A stretch of DNA of 64,000 nucleotides from positions 35,340,001-35,404,000 of the forward strand of contig OX597836.1 of the NCBI GenBank assembly GCA_951406725.2. Direction: 5' to 3'. Of the stretch, positions 1 through 12,045 are shown one piece after another (position 1 is the first letter of the stretch; each line of letters opens with the position of its first letter). Source of the DNA: Octopus vulgaris (lineage: Eukaryota). Under the pieces are notes generated by a model. That model worked only from the letters and a program-made list of their open reading frames with translations. It did not search any database and was not told the DNA's origin. The position numbers were made by a program, and so were the translations under genes.

Positions 1-62
1 AGCTCTGGGACGAAGACCGCTTCGCTCAACAAACAAACAAACAAACAAACAAGCAGCAGCAG
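1..62 (+). mobile_element. 3' tail of SINE family C followed by (AAAC)n/(CAG)n
   Basis: agctctgggacgaagaccgcttcgctcaac matches the 3' end of the full copy at 56339-56370 (gagctctgggacaaagaccgttcgctcaac). Confidence 0.8.
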
Positions 63-330
63 CCATCGTTTTCTCTATCGGCTCAGCTTGTCGTTGTAAA
101 TCAATATTTTGAAGTAAAACAACACATTAATTAATTCCTTTCATCGATTTCTATTATAGAAAGGCTGTAGTCAACTTTATCGATCCTAGAACATATTCCC
201 CATTGGGAATTAATTTATCAGTCTCAGTCGGTTTCAAATTAAAGAATTCATGTCAACACAAGCGTACACCGACAAACAGACACAGAATCTCATTCACACG
301 AGATTTTGCCGTCCTACCTGCACAAATAAT

Positions 331-2495
331 TATTGGTCAACAAAATGAAACTTGCTTTAATCATCAGAGTTGCTGATTGACTTTTCTGGGTTAATTTTTG
401 ATGCTGATTACGAATCTGAAGTCCGATTTCCTCTATCAGGTCACATTCTTTGTTAATGATAAATGCTACTTTAACTTATAGGATTCGTAAAGCATGTCTA
501 TATAAAGTATATTGAATACAAGATACGATAATTTCATGGCTTTTTATTGTACAAAATTAAAATTATTGCGTACAAATAAGTTAGAATACGCTCAAAAGCA
601 TAACAACTGAAAATCTTTGGGATTTGGACTTTCTATGGCATTTTGTCTCAGGTTCATCCTTGTATAACATCCAACAGTAGTCAGCTAACATTCCTGCATT
701 CCAAAATCCTTGATATCGTTGTTCCATCGATGCAATATCTTGATGAAAGCGTTCCCCTTGCTCAAAAGACACTGCTCCAAGGTTCTCTACAAAAAAGTCC
801 AGATATGAATCAAGGAAATGAACTTTTAGTGACGTCCGACAGCCCATTGCAGCGCTAGAGTCTAGAAGACATTTCACTCCATTTCTAAACTCTAGAGATC
901 TTTTGTTGCCTAGGAAATTTTCACAGATCGATTTGAAGGATTCCCAGGCTTTAAGCTCAATCTCATCCAGTGCTGTGAGGAAGTGATTGTCCTTCAGGAG
1001 TTCTTTTATCTGCGCCCTCCTTCAGTTTTGCCTCGGTGAGTTTTTGAAATTTGGCCTTCACATATAAAAAACCTTTTGAGATTTTCCTGGCAAGTGTCTT
1101 CACGAATTGTTTCATGAGGCCAAGCTTTATGTGAAGGGGGGGGAGAACATTTTCTGGGTTTAAAAGTGGCTTACTCTGGACGCTAGAAACTCCCAGCTCA
1201 TATGATGAATACGCATCCAGGCTCAGCGGTTGCGTAGGAAGTCGGGGACAAGAAACAGGAAGAAAGAGTGAGAGAAAGTTGGAGCGAAAGAGTACAACAG
1301 GGGTCGCCACCACCCCCTGCTGGAGAATCGTGGAGCTTTAGGTGTTTTCACTCAATAAACACACACAACGCGCGGTCTGGGAATCGAAACCGCGATCCTC
1401 CGACCGAGAGTCCGCTGTCCTAACCACTGGTCTATTGCGCCTCCACTGCTGCTGCTGCTGTTGTTGTTGTTTCTCTGGTTGCACATAGAGCTTTGTTAGT
1501 TGCATGACTGTCCCATAGGCGTAAAAAAGCAACAATATTTCGTGAACCCAGATTGCATTCCCATCAACATTCTAATCACCTTCAAATCTCCACATATTTT
1601 CCAGCTGTTGTTTGTAAATTTAATGGCATCGACGAGTACTTGCAAGTTTTCATAACACTCCTTCATGTGCACTGAATGTCCTATGGGAATGGATGGTTTC
1701 TCATTGCCGTTGTGTAGTAGTACTGCCTTGAGGTTTCTCTTAGATGAATCAATTAATAAGTGACATTCGGCCGGAACATGCTCTTGGAACAAACAGCGAA
1801 ATAACTCATCTGTGTTATTACTGAAACAAAGTGGTCCATCAACAGAGAAGCATACAGTCAGATCCCTATTTTTCTTCCTGAAATGAGTAATACAAACATC
1901 TTTCTTAAGCAGACACTTTTCTTGTAGGTGAGATGCTAATAGTCCAGCTTTATCCTTCGACAATGACAAGTATCTAACTAAATCATTTAACACTCCTTAA
2001 GAAATTTCTGTGGTACGTCTTCATTTTCAATTGTGAAATCTTCATCCACTTTGGTGTTTTCCACAGCAGTAGCATTTTCTTCAGGAAATACATCTTCGTC
2101 AGACATCTGAAGGCTATTTTCTGGTGGTATTGGAATAGGAAGATCATCATTGTTGTGTGGTACTGGTCTTCTTGCCGATTCCAAGTTGGGGTACATAATC
2201 GTATGCTTGGTCTTTACAGTAAACCCACATACATTAACGTAGCAGAAATAGCAGTCTATGAAATAATACTTTGGCTCTCTCCTTATCATAGGTATTGCAA
2301 ACGGCATTGCTCTCTTATTTAGCCAATCCCTTAGTCCATTTGAACAAGCTAAGCAGATGATGTGCGGGGCCCAAATATTATCTTGATCTCCGAGAGAGCA
2401 GCCAAAGTATAACTGGTAGATCTTCTTGATTTCACTTGTGACAGCAAGTTGCTGAACTTTGGTGGTAAATGATACACATACATTAACTTTCGGTG
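331..2495 (-). pseudogene. Degenerate Chapaev3-like (CMC/Transib-related) DNA transposase with its 3' subterminal region
   Basis: Collinear frameshifted pieces: N-terminal YFGCSLGDQDNIWAPHIICLAC (in frame upstream of the 1987-2307 ORF), REPK..DCYFC..YPNLESARRPVPH, LNDLVRYLSLSK, LLIDSSKRNLKAVLLHNGN, ICGDLK..GFTKYCCF, LPPLHIKLGLMKQFVK, SLKVHFLDSYLDFF..EQGERFHQDI..MLADYCW. A possible decayed terminus tattggtcaacaaaa lies at 331. Family assignment is from recalled motifs. Confidence 0.85.
1204..1446 (-). mobile_element. SINE family C, 3'-truncated, inserted in the transposase
   Basis: tRNA-like head GTGGAGGCGCAATAGACCAGTGGTTAGG...GGTTTCGATTCCC; near-identical to 55996-56238; adjacent (CAA/CAG)n tract at 1447-1471. 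Confidence 0.9.
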
Positions 2496-2551
2496 TCTAT
2501 CAAGCGATATACTGGATAAAAGTAGCTCTCTTATGATTCCTGTGATTTTGA

Positions 2552-3278
2552 CTTCACAGAAATAATCCTTTCTACTGAAAGCCCAAGGCCTCAAATTACA
2601 TCGATCACCAGAACGTAACTGGTACTTATTTAATGAACCCCAAAAGAAAGAAAGGCAAAGTCGACCTCGGTGGAATTTGAACTTAGAACGTAGCGGCAGC
2701 ATTTCGCCCGGTCTGTGGCTTCAGAGAAATAATTCTTTCTACCATAGGCACAAGGCCTGAAATTTGTGGGGACGAGACTATTAAATTACATCGACCCCAG
2801 TACCTAACTGGTACTTCATTTATCGACCCGAAAGGAGGAAAGTTAAAGTCGACTTCGGTGGAATTTGAACTTAGAACGTAGTGGCAGTATTTCGCCCGGT
2901 GTGTGGCTTCAGAGAAATAATTCTTTCTAATATAGGCACATTTGTGGGGACGGGACTAGTAAATTACATCGACCCCAGTACTTCACTGGTATTTCATTTA
3001 TCGACCCCGAAAGGAAGAAAGGCAAAGTCGACCTCGGTGGAATTTGAACTTAGAACGTAGCGGCAGCATTTCGCCCGGCGTGTGACTTCAGAGAAATAAT
3101 TCTTTCTAATATAGGCACATTTGTGGGGACGGGACTAGTAAATACATCGACCCCAGTACTCCACTGGTATTTCATTTATCGACCCCGAAAGGAAGAAACG
3201 CAAAGTCGACCTCGGTGGAATTTGAACTTAGAACGTAGCGGCAGCATTTCGCCCGGCGTGTGGCTTCAGAGAAATAAT
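2552..3278 (-). mobile_element. Tandem array of 4 head-truncated SINE family B units (tail type 2)
   Basis: Units of about 167-188 bp with gaaaggcaaagtcgacctcggtggaatttgaact, separated by the recurring spacer cttca(c/g)agaaataat. Confidence 0.9.
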
Positions 3279-3629
3279 AAAATTCCTATAAATTGAAAAA
3301 GGTATTTGCCATTTAAAACGCTGCGACTCTGCTGTCAAAGAATACTAGAAAACTAGATCACATGTCGAAGCCTAAATTTCTGAATAAAAAAAAAAACAAA
3401 AAAAAAGACTGCTGTAAAGCGGTTTGTTTTGGATCTCTGCTTTGTTATGATCGACCATCGACGATACCAGAAACGTTAGACATTGTTAAGGAATAAGAGT
3501 GCTATCGCTTGTCAGAGAAGTTATCAATTTTAGCTTTAACAATGGATGACAAGAACTGGAAGGTTCAATGAGATTCTTCAAATGCCAAATTATATGGTGC
3601 CTCAAAAATTAATTGAATATACACCACTG

Positions 3630-3643
3630 ACACACACACACAC

Positions 3644-3682
<39 letters not shown>

Positions 3683-3723
3683 CTCTCTCTATCTCTCATA
3701 CACATACACACACACACACACAG

Positions 3724-3782
<59 letters not shown>

Positions 3783-3903
3783 AATTTAATCCAAACATGA
3801 AATATGGATATTGAAATGTATTGGCTTCGTTATATATTATATCGCAGAAACTATTAAAAAACACAGCTACACAGCCACACACACAGAGGCACACACACAC
3901 ACA

Positions 3904-3944
<41 letters not shown>

Positions 3945-4121
3945 ATGCACACACACACTCACATGCGCATCATAGGGTTTCAATCTTAATCAAAAATATA
4001 TCAATCAAATATATTTGGTTGCTAAAATATATGTCATAGTTATGTACTTATGTGAAAAATCGCTAATAATATTCGTTGCCCTGTATGCGAACCCATATAT
4101 ATATATATATATACATATGTT

Positions 4122-4153
<32 letters not shown>

Positions 4154-4169
4154 TGTGTGTATATATATG

Positions 4170-4209
<40 letters not shown>

Positions 4210-4275
4210 TACATATATACAAATATATTTGCATATATGTATATGTATATATATATACACACACACAAGAATAGA

Positions 4276-4330
<55 letters not shown>

Positions 4331-4672
4331 GTGTGTATGTATACAAATACGAATATATATACATGAATAGATATCTATTCATGTGTATATATATGTCTAT
4401 CTGTATATCTATGTCAATCTCTCTATATGTGCGTGTATGTGTGTCTATGTGTATAAACACACACTAGCACGCCCGTACACGTACACACACACATACACAT
4501 ACACACACACACACATACACACACACACACACACACACATACACACACACACACATATATATATATAAAGAACTACGATATCATTTCAGTACCAAAATAT
4601 GTGACGTTGTTGCATATTTTAATTTGTAACTCAGCAGCTTTGAAACACAGTGGAGATGCCATTTCATCACAC

Positions 4673-4736
<64 letters not shown>

Positions 4737-4777
4737 CCTTTCAATAAACTCTCCTTTTATACACACACGCACACACA

Positions 4778-4813
<36 letters not shown>

Positions 4814-5253
4814 TACATACATACAAATATATTTGCATATATATGTATATATATATATAATATATATATATGTATATATTATATACATATATATATATAT
4901 ACATACATATATATGAAAATACATTTGTATGTATGTATTTGTTTGTGTGTGTTTGTGGATATATATATATATATATATATATGTGCAAATATAATTAATC
5001 ACGTGCCTAAGTACCAAAGATATCTATTCATACATACTTATACACACACACCTGAACACACACACATATATACGTTTAAATATGCACACGCACGTATACA
5101 AACACACACAGTTATAGATACACATACACAAATTCATACATATATATATTATTCTTTATATCTATACATATACACATATTAAGGATTGAAATATATACAC
5201 CAAACTCACATGCGTATACTATTAGACGCGCTAACGCACGCACACACATATAT

Positions 5254-5288
<35 letters not shown>

Positions 5289-5300
5289 TATATATAAACA
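3630..5300. repeat. Compound (CA)n/(TA)n/(TC)n microsatellite field
   Basis: Directly visible; explains all HT/YI/CV ORFs here. Confidence 0.95.
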
Positions 5301-5711
5301 TTAATGAAAGGACATATTAAGGTTGTTTACCTGCTGGAAATAACAGTCAAAACTCTTATTTAAATTGCCGAAAAAACACTGATAAGTAACTACAGAAATC
5401 AACCGTCTGCGGGCAAACGGGTTAAGGTTTTGACTGCCATATCCAGCAGGTAGACATACGTAGTATGCCCTTTGATTAATTTTAATCCTTCAACTATTTA
5501 ATACTTTTGGGGGGCCTACGATCGCCTATATTATTGATTCTGTTATTATCGATTTTAATTGTTACACTAGATAATAACAGAGTCAATAATATCTTCCGAA
5601 ATATTTTTTCCTGAGTTAACGTTTAACCAATTAACGTATCAATTAATGGTTTGGTCAAAGTCCTGTTGTTGCTATCTGTGACCTCATTAATTGCGTGTTC
5701 TATCTATTCTA

Positions 5712-5845
5712 GGCTGGCAGAAACGTTAGCACGCCGGTCGAAATGATTTGCGTTTAGCCCCCTGTGGGTAGTAAAGAAATAGGTATTTCGTTTGCCGTTA
5801 CGTTCTGAGTTCAAATTCCGCCCAGGTCGACTTTGCTTCAGGTTT
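5712..5845 (+). mobile_element. Internally deleted SINE family B dimer junction
   Basis: ggctggcagaaacgttagcacgccgg head joined to tttagcccc..aaagaaataggtatttcg..gagttcaaattcc. Confidence 0.75.
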
Positions 5846-5912
5846 ATCTGCTTGTCTCCTCACTCAAAAGCTCTATACCTCTATATTTATATATTTGTAA
5901 GAAAGTACGTGC

Positions 5913-5958
<46 letters not shown>

Positions 5959-6194
5959 GAGGGAGAGAGAGGGAGAGAGAATCAATATCAAAAGATAAAA
6001 GTCTCATACAACGAACAGAGAATCTCCGAGGTTCATTTAGAGTAAATATTATGAGGTATAACGCTTTGGATATAGTCCTACCTCAGATAGATAGAAAAAA
6101 AACCCCAAGGAAGAGGAGATGAAAAGAGATAAGAAAAGTGAATCAGCAAAATATATAGTTAGATAAGAGAGAGATGGGGAGAGACAGAGAGGGT

Positions 6195-6312
6195 AGGAGA
6201 GGAAGGGGAGAGGAGAGGGGAGAGGAAGGGGAGAGGAAGGGGAGAGGAAGGGGAGAGGAAGGGGAGAGGAAGGGGAGAGGAAGAGGAGAGGAAGGGGAGA
6301 GAGAAGGGGAGT
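6195..6312. repeat. Polypurine 11-bp minisatellite (GAGGAAGGGGA)n
   Basis: Roughly 8-9 tandem copies visible. Confidence 0.9.
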
Positions 6313-6372
6313 GAGAAAGGGAAAAAGAGAGGCAAAAGGTGACAGAGAGTGCATGATTTATACGTTTGAGTA

Positions 6373-6777
6373 TACTCTTTTACTCTTTTACTTGTTTCAG
6401 TCATTTGACTGCGGCCATGCTGGAGCACCGCCTTTAGTCGAGCAACTCGACCCCGAGACTTATGTTTTTGTAAGTCCAGTACTTATTCTATCGGTCTCTT
6501 TTGCCGAACCGCTAAGTAACGGGGCCATAAACATACCAGCATCGGTTGTCAAGCAATGCTAGGGGGACAAACACAGACACACAAACACACACACACACAC
6601 ACATATATATATACGTATATACGACGGGCTTCTTTCAGTTTCCGTCTACCAAATCCACTCACAAGGCTTTGGTCGGCCCGAGGCTATAGTAGAAGACACT
6701 TGCCCAAGATGCCACGCAGTGGGACTGAACCCGGAACCATGTGGCTGGTAAACAAGCTACTTACCACACAGCCACTA
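6373..6777 (-). mobile_element. SINE family A (tRNA-like head, CORE-like segment, internal (TA)n(TG)n, GTAAAAGA tail)
   Basis: Near-identical to 12046-12449, 30162-30610 and 39969-40405; contains the ggca(c/t)cttgggcaagtgtctt CORE-like motif. Confidence 0.9.
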
Positions 6778-7084
6778 TGCGTATTCTTTTTAGATCTTAT
6801 ACGTGTATGTGTGTGTGTATGTGTACGATTACTTGTATGTTTTCGTGTATTTGTTTATGTGTTTGTTTTAAATCATGAGTTGGAGTTTTTGAACCGATAG
6901 GAAACGGTTAATTTGGCGAATTTAATGCATATTCTGATATTCTGATAACGATTTTAGTTCACCATCTCCCCAAATGTATATATTTTATGTCCTATATGAT
7001 TATACTAGCTTAAAACCCGCTGGGCAGGGCAGCTTTGAAGTTTTTAAGGCTTTGAAGCTTTTAAGCAACTCACCCCGAATAGGG

Positions 7085-8203
7085 GTTGTACATCATCTCC
7101 CTCTTTCTCTCACATACCCACTCTTTCTCTCTCTTTCTCTATCTCTCCTTTTCTTTCTCATTGCCTACAATTACTCTCACCCGATCATGAGGTATAGTAG
7201 GAGTGTCATTGAATAGTGTGAGAAAGAGAGAGGGTCTAAGTGCGACATTCTGACTTGTTTTGGAGAATTTGTTGCCTTTCATCCTTTTGGGGTCGATAAA
7301 ATGAGCACCAGTTACGTACTGGGGGTCCATGTAATCGACTTAATCCCTTCCCCCAAAAAAATTTGAGGCCTTGTGCTTCCAGTAAAAAGGATTTATTAAA
7401 GTTGAAAAAGTGTGACCCACTGACGTTCACATTTACTATATTAGATTGTTTATTTTCGGCGTAACTTTAGTTCAATTAAAGTGTATTTCATATTTCGAAA
7501 CGTAGAGTAGATGAAACCTAGGGCGACTGAAGAAGGGGTTTGTTCTTTGTGTTAATTGTCCTGTACTCTATTTTTTCTGCTGTTTTTTAAAAAATGTCCA
7601 GTTCCTTTGGTTTGTGTCTATGTTTTCGTTTCTCATTGTGTTCGACGTCCTTTTGGTGTCCTGTACTCATATATGCGTGTATATGTACATGTAGAGGTAT
7701 GTACGTACATATATGTTTATATATATGCATATGTTTTATTTTATTTATTAATATATATATATATATGTATATGTATATATGTATGTGTGTGTGTGTGTGT
7801 GTGTTTAAGAAAGCAAAAAATAAAACAAAAATGATAGTGTTTAGTATGTTGGCGATAGGAATTTCTGTTAAAGAGACATGGTTAAACAATGTTGTACATC
7901 ATCTCCCTCTTTCTCTCACATACCCACTCTTTCTCTCTCTTTTCCTCCCTCTTCTTTTCTTTCTTTCTCTCTCTCTTTCTCTCCCTCTCCTTTTCTTTCT
8001 CTCTCTCTCTCTCTCTTTCCCTCCCTCTCCTTTTCTTTCTTTCTTTCTTTCTTTCTCTCTCTCTCTCTCTCTCTCTGTCTTCGCCACCGCCCTCAGAATC
8101 TCTATGCCTACCATTACTCTCTCCCGAGCAAGGTGAACAGTAGGAGTGTCATTGAATAGTGAGAGAGAGAGAGAGAGAGAGAGTCTAAGTGTGACACACT
8201 GAC
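7085..8203. repeat. Direct duplication (7085-7255 vs 7891-8203) bracketing a SINE B fragment and a family E repeat
   Basis: gttgtacatcatctccctctttctctcacatacccactc and gtaggagtgtcattgaatagtg..gtctaagtg occur in both copies; the second has an expanded pyrimidine tract. Confidence 0.8.
7490..7755 (+). repeat. Dispersed repeat family E (Penelope pLTR-like); further copies at 8950-9190 (-) and 17112-17370 (+)
   Basis: Three copies share cgactgaagaagg..gtcctgtactctattttt..aaatgtcca..cgtttctcattgtgttcgacgt..gtcctgtac, each next to (TA)n. Confidence 0.75.
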
Positions 8204-8498
8204 ACACAGAAATTTATTTTATTACACGAAATATAATATATAACATTATATTTTATAATGGCTTGTTTGTAAAATTTAATTACGTAGCTCAATGTGTTTT
8301 TTAATCTATGTTTAATATATGTTTAATATATGTTTATGGGCGTGTATTTTGGTGTGTTTGGATTAAGATATATTTTGTGTAGCTCTTTAATAGCCATATT
8401 AAAAACTTAAAGTTAACATTTCCTCGAGTTATGTACTTTATGAGATATGCAATAACTTTCGATTTCCTTTACACCAGAATATAACAATAATGCCTGAT

Positions 8499-8557
<59 letters not shown>

Positions 8558-8722
8558 AGTGTGTGTATATATATATCTTTGCGTATTAAAGTGCAACGGA
8601 ATATAACAATAAAATATATGTTGATGCCTTATTTTAAGTAACTTACGTTAAATTCAACACATAAAACTAAATATAAAATTTGATAACTACCCGAGTACAA
8701 AATCTTATATCATTATTTATCT

Positions 8723-8779
<57 letters not shown>

Positions 8780-8870
8780 ACACACACACACATATAAGAA
8801 ATAGAAAACAAAACAATAAATTGAACAATTATAAAATCAATTCAATATAAATATTATATACAAATGACAT

Positions 8871-8949
<79 letters not shown>

Positions 8950-9450
8950 TAATAAATAAATAATATGCATATATACATACATATATGTACGTACCTACCT
9001 CTACATGTATATATACATGCATATATGGGTACAGGACACCAAAGAACGTCGAACACAATGAGAAACGAAAACATAAACGCAAAACTAAGGAAATGGACAT
9101 TTTAAAAAGAATAAGGAAAAAATAGAGTACAGGACATACAAAACAAAGAAAATTTCCCTTCTTCAGTCGCCTTAATTTTATCTACTCCACATATATATAT
9201 ATTTGTATCTACTCCACATATATATATATATATGTATATATATATGTCTGTATATATACATATATATATATATATATGTATAGTAAAGCGAGTCGCCACA
9301 TGAAAGTGGCAGTTATATGTTACTATTTGTTTAACTCCAGGCAGATTGTCCGCCAGATGATTTTCGAAGCAATGCTCTGCACACGTTATATACAATACAT
9401 CGCTAGCAGGGGGGAGGGGGCGAAACCCTACTACCTTCCAGCAGCTAAGA

Positions 9451-9519
<69 letters not shown>

Positions 9520-9521
<2 letters not shown>

Positions 9522-9795
9522 CGCAGGCGGTGACTGTATGGTAAGAGGATTCCCAACCACATAGTTCCGAGTCTAGTCACACTGCATGGCACCTTAGGCA
9601 AGTTTCTTTGGGTGAATTTGACAACGATGGTGGTATGTTTACGTCCCCGTAACGTAGCAGTTCGTCGTAAAGGATCGATAGAATAAGTACTAGGCTTACA
9701 AAAAAAGTAAGTCCTCGGGTCGATTTACTCGACTAAAGGCGGTGCTCCAACATGGCCACAGTGAAATGACTGAAACAAATAAAAGAATAAAAGAA
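9520..9795 (+). mobile_element. SINE family A, diverged with internal deletion
   Basis: ggcgcaggcggtgactgtatggtaag head and tgactgaaacaaataaaagaa tail. Confidence 0.8.
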
Positions 9796-9821
9796 TATAT
9801 ATATATATATATAAAATATAC

Positions 9822-10130
9822 ATTAAGTACAGGACATCATCAACGAGTGAAAAATGCGTAAGCACACGAGAGATAAGTACAGGACAAAATACCCAAATGA
9901 AGATAACTCTTTCATCAGTTGCCGACTACTTATTACTACCCATTTCGTGCTTTTAACGACAAGATGGGAATACTTCATAAGACAGTAGCATCCAGAAATT
10001 TACAAAATATAAAATTTGTGGAGAGTTAGGGATTCCAACGAACAGAGTGGACGTACGGAGTAAACAGTTGACGAAGACAAACATTAAGAAACGTTAGGCC
10101 AAGATGAATTGTAATGGGCAACGCCTGGGA
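9822..10130. repeat. Dispersed repeat family F (second copy 44981-45532, interrupted by SINE B)
   Basis: attaagtaca..caacgagtgaaaaat..ggacaaaatacc..tcatcagttg..cataagacag..gcatccagaaattt..gaattgtaatggg shared by both copies. Confidence 0.8.
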
Positions 10131-10203
10131 GAAATTTTGAAAGTATATAGAATAAATAGAAGAGAAGAAAATAGCAGAAGAGAAATAAAAAGTGTCGAGT
10201 GGC

Positions 10204-10274
<71 letters not shown>

Positions 10275-10299
10275 AAGTAAGCAACAGGATATCAAGTAG

Positions 10300-10391
10300 T
10301 TATGCAGTATGACCGTTTCAAGTGACTCCATTTAATTGAACAATTTAATCATTACATCAATTTAAATGAAGTGCTATCTTCAGCTGCATAA
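10300..10391 (-). ncRNA. Type I hammerhead-ribozyme-like motif (Penelope-type)
   Basis: Minus strand reads ttatgcag-CTGAAGA-long hairpin-GAAA-cggtca-TA-ctgcataa: perfect 8-bp stem I and both conserved core boxes; stem III has one mismatch explainable by CpG decay. Confidence 0.6.
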
Positions 10392-11488
10392 AATACAGAT
10401 TTTTTTAACAAGTAGAGTCCCAGATGAACCTACCTCACGGCAAGACGTGCAAATGAGAGTAGCTATATCAAACTCCATTCTTCACCAAGTGCCACATATT
10501 AGACGAGGTTCTTCGTAATAACAGTGTAGCACAAAACGGCGGTGCATCAGCATGGCCGCAGCTCTGAGCTGAAACTAGAGAAAAAAAAGTAGGTCACATT
10601 AATATAATTTTTCGTAAATATTTTAACAGAGTAAGAAGATGGAAGACATTCTTGTTGTCTCTATTGTAGCAGAATAGCTAAGAATAGACGACAATTGCTT
10701 AGAATCGCATGGAGCATAGTGAGGTTATAGGGTTGTAAAGCATGTAATTCATTTCTAATTCATTTATCTCTTTATCCTCTATTAAATCCGAGACTAGAAG
10801 ACTATGTCTATTTTAAATAAAGAACAAGAGTGAGTTGTCAGCTCATAGCCAGGTATAGTCATAAATATTATCATAGTTATCCCTTTTCCCCAAGAGAAAG
10901 GAAATAAGTCAATTTGATAGAAGTAACTGTGTATAAAAACGAGGCAAGTTATGGGGTAGACTTTAAATCATGATGTTAATTACCAGTTAAAGGGGCAAGA
11001 CAGTAAGAAAATTTACCAGTTAAAGGGGCAAGACACTATGAAACTTAAGGTGCTAATACAAGGAAAATTTTATGAGGGGCACGATGGGGGAACTTTTAAA
11101 AACAATATTGTTATGTTGTACAAAAATAAAATTTAAGACTTACAAAATGATATCATAAACAAAATAGCTAAAAGGTGTGTATGTATCATTCATAAACATT
11201 AAAACGGAAGATTATGTAGAATCAGAGTAATAGCCATTCTTATGCTAAATTAATTATTAGGTGTTTTCGATAAAGACTGCTCAAGGCACTTACATATGGA
11301 ATATCTGGAAAGATATACTATATATTAATTTTAAGCCATGAATCAGAAACAGGATATTAAGATAATGGAAATACATAAAAATATTTAAACAAAAATTATA
11401 AAAATCTAAAGTTTAAATATATATAAACACTCGAAAACCATGTGCTGATATAAATATGTGTAAAGTGTAAAATGATGCAAATAGATAC

Positions 11489-11539
<51 letters not shown>

Positions 11540-11612
11540 TAACCCACTTTTAATTTTAAGCCATGAATATTAAGATAATGGAAATACATAGAAAGTGTGC
11601 ATGTATGTATGT

Positions 11613-11657
<45 letters not shown>

Positions 11658-12045
11658 GCACACACACACACACATATGTGTATATATGCATGTATACATA
11701 TACACAAATATTTATACGCTAAGATGAATACATTACAAGTATCTTGCATAGATCGAAGTAACTGAAAAATATCAATTTAAGAAGAAGAAAAATAACAATT
11801 TATAACGGATAAGAGGTTAGTAAGTAAGGATATCAAAATAAGGAATCAAAATAATAAGAATTTATAGACAATAATAAGAGACACATATAAACTACATATC
11901 TGGGACCATAAAAATTTTCAGAACCTTCTTAAGATTTAAACGATGATGGTTAAAGCAAGATGCTTTCCTTCGCAACCTTGATATTAAGTTGGTGGCTGGG
12001 GCCAAAATGTATTCTAAATTAAAAAGAGAAAGAGAATATATATAT

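Noticed and set aside
3546-5182. Many overlapping ORFs ([12 protein letters not shown]), also at 13, 17, 35, 55 and 63 kb
   Set aside because: Translations of dinucleotide microsatellites that lack stops.
6556-6900. Recurring peptide [16 protein letters not shown] in several ORFs
   Set aside because: Antisense translation of SINE family A copies.
7006-7447. Possible Helitron (ctag start, ..tatattagat end)
   Set aside because: Hairpin and boundaries are not convincing by eye.
10620-11400. AT-rich stretch (also 29440-30130) that may be decayed retroelement coding DNA
   Set aside because: No identifiable protein motif in the frames I read.
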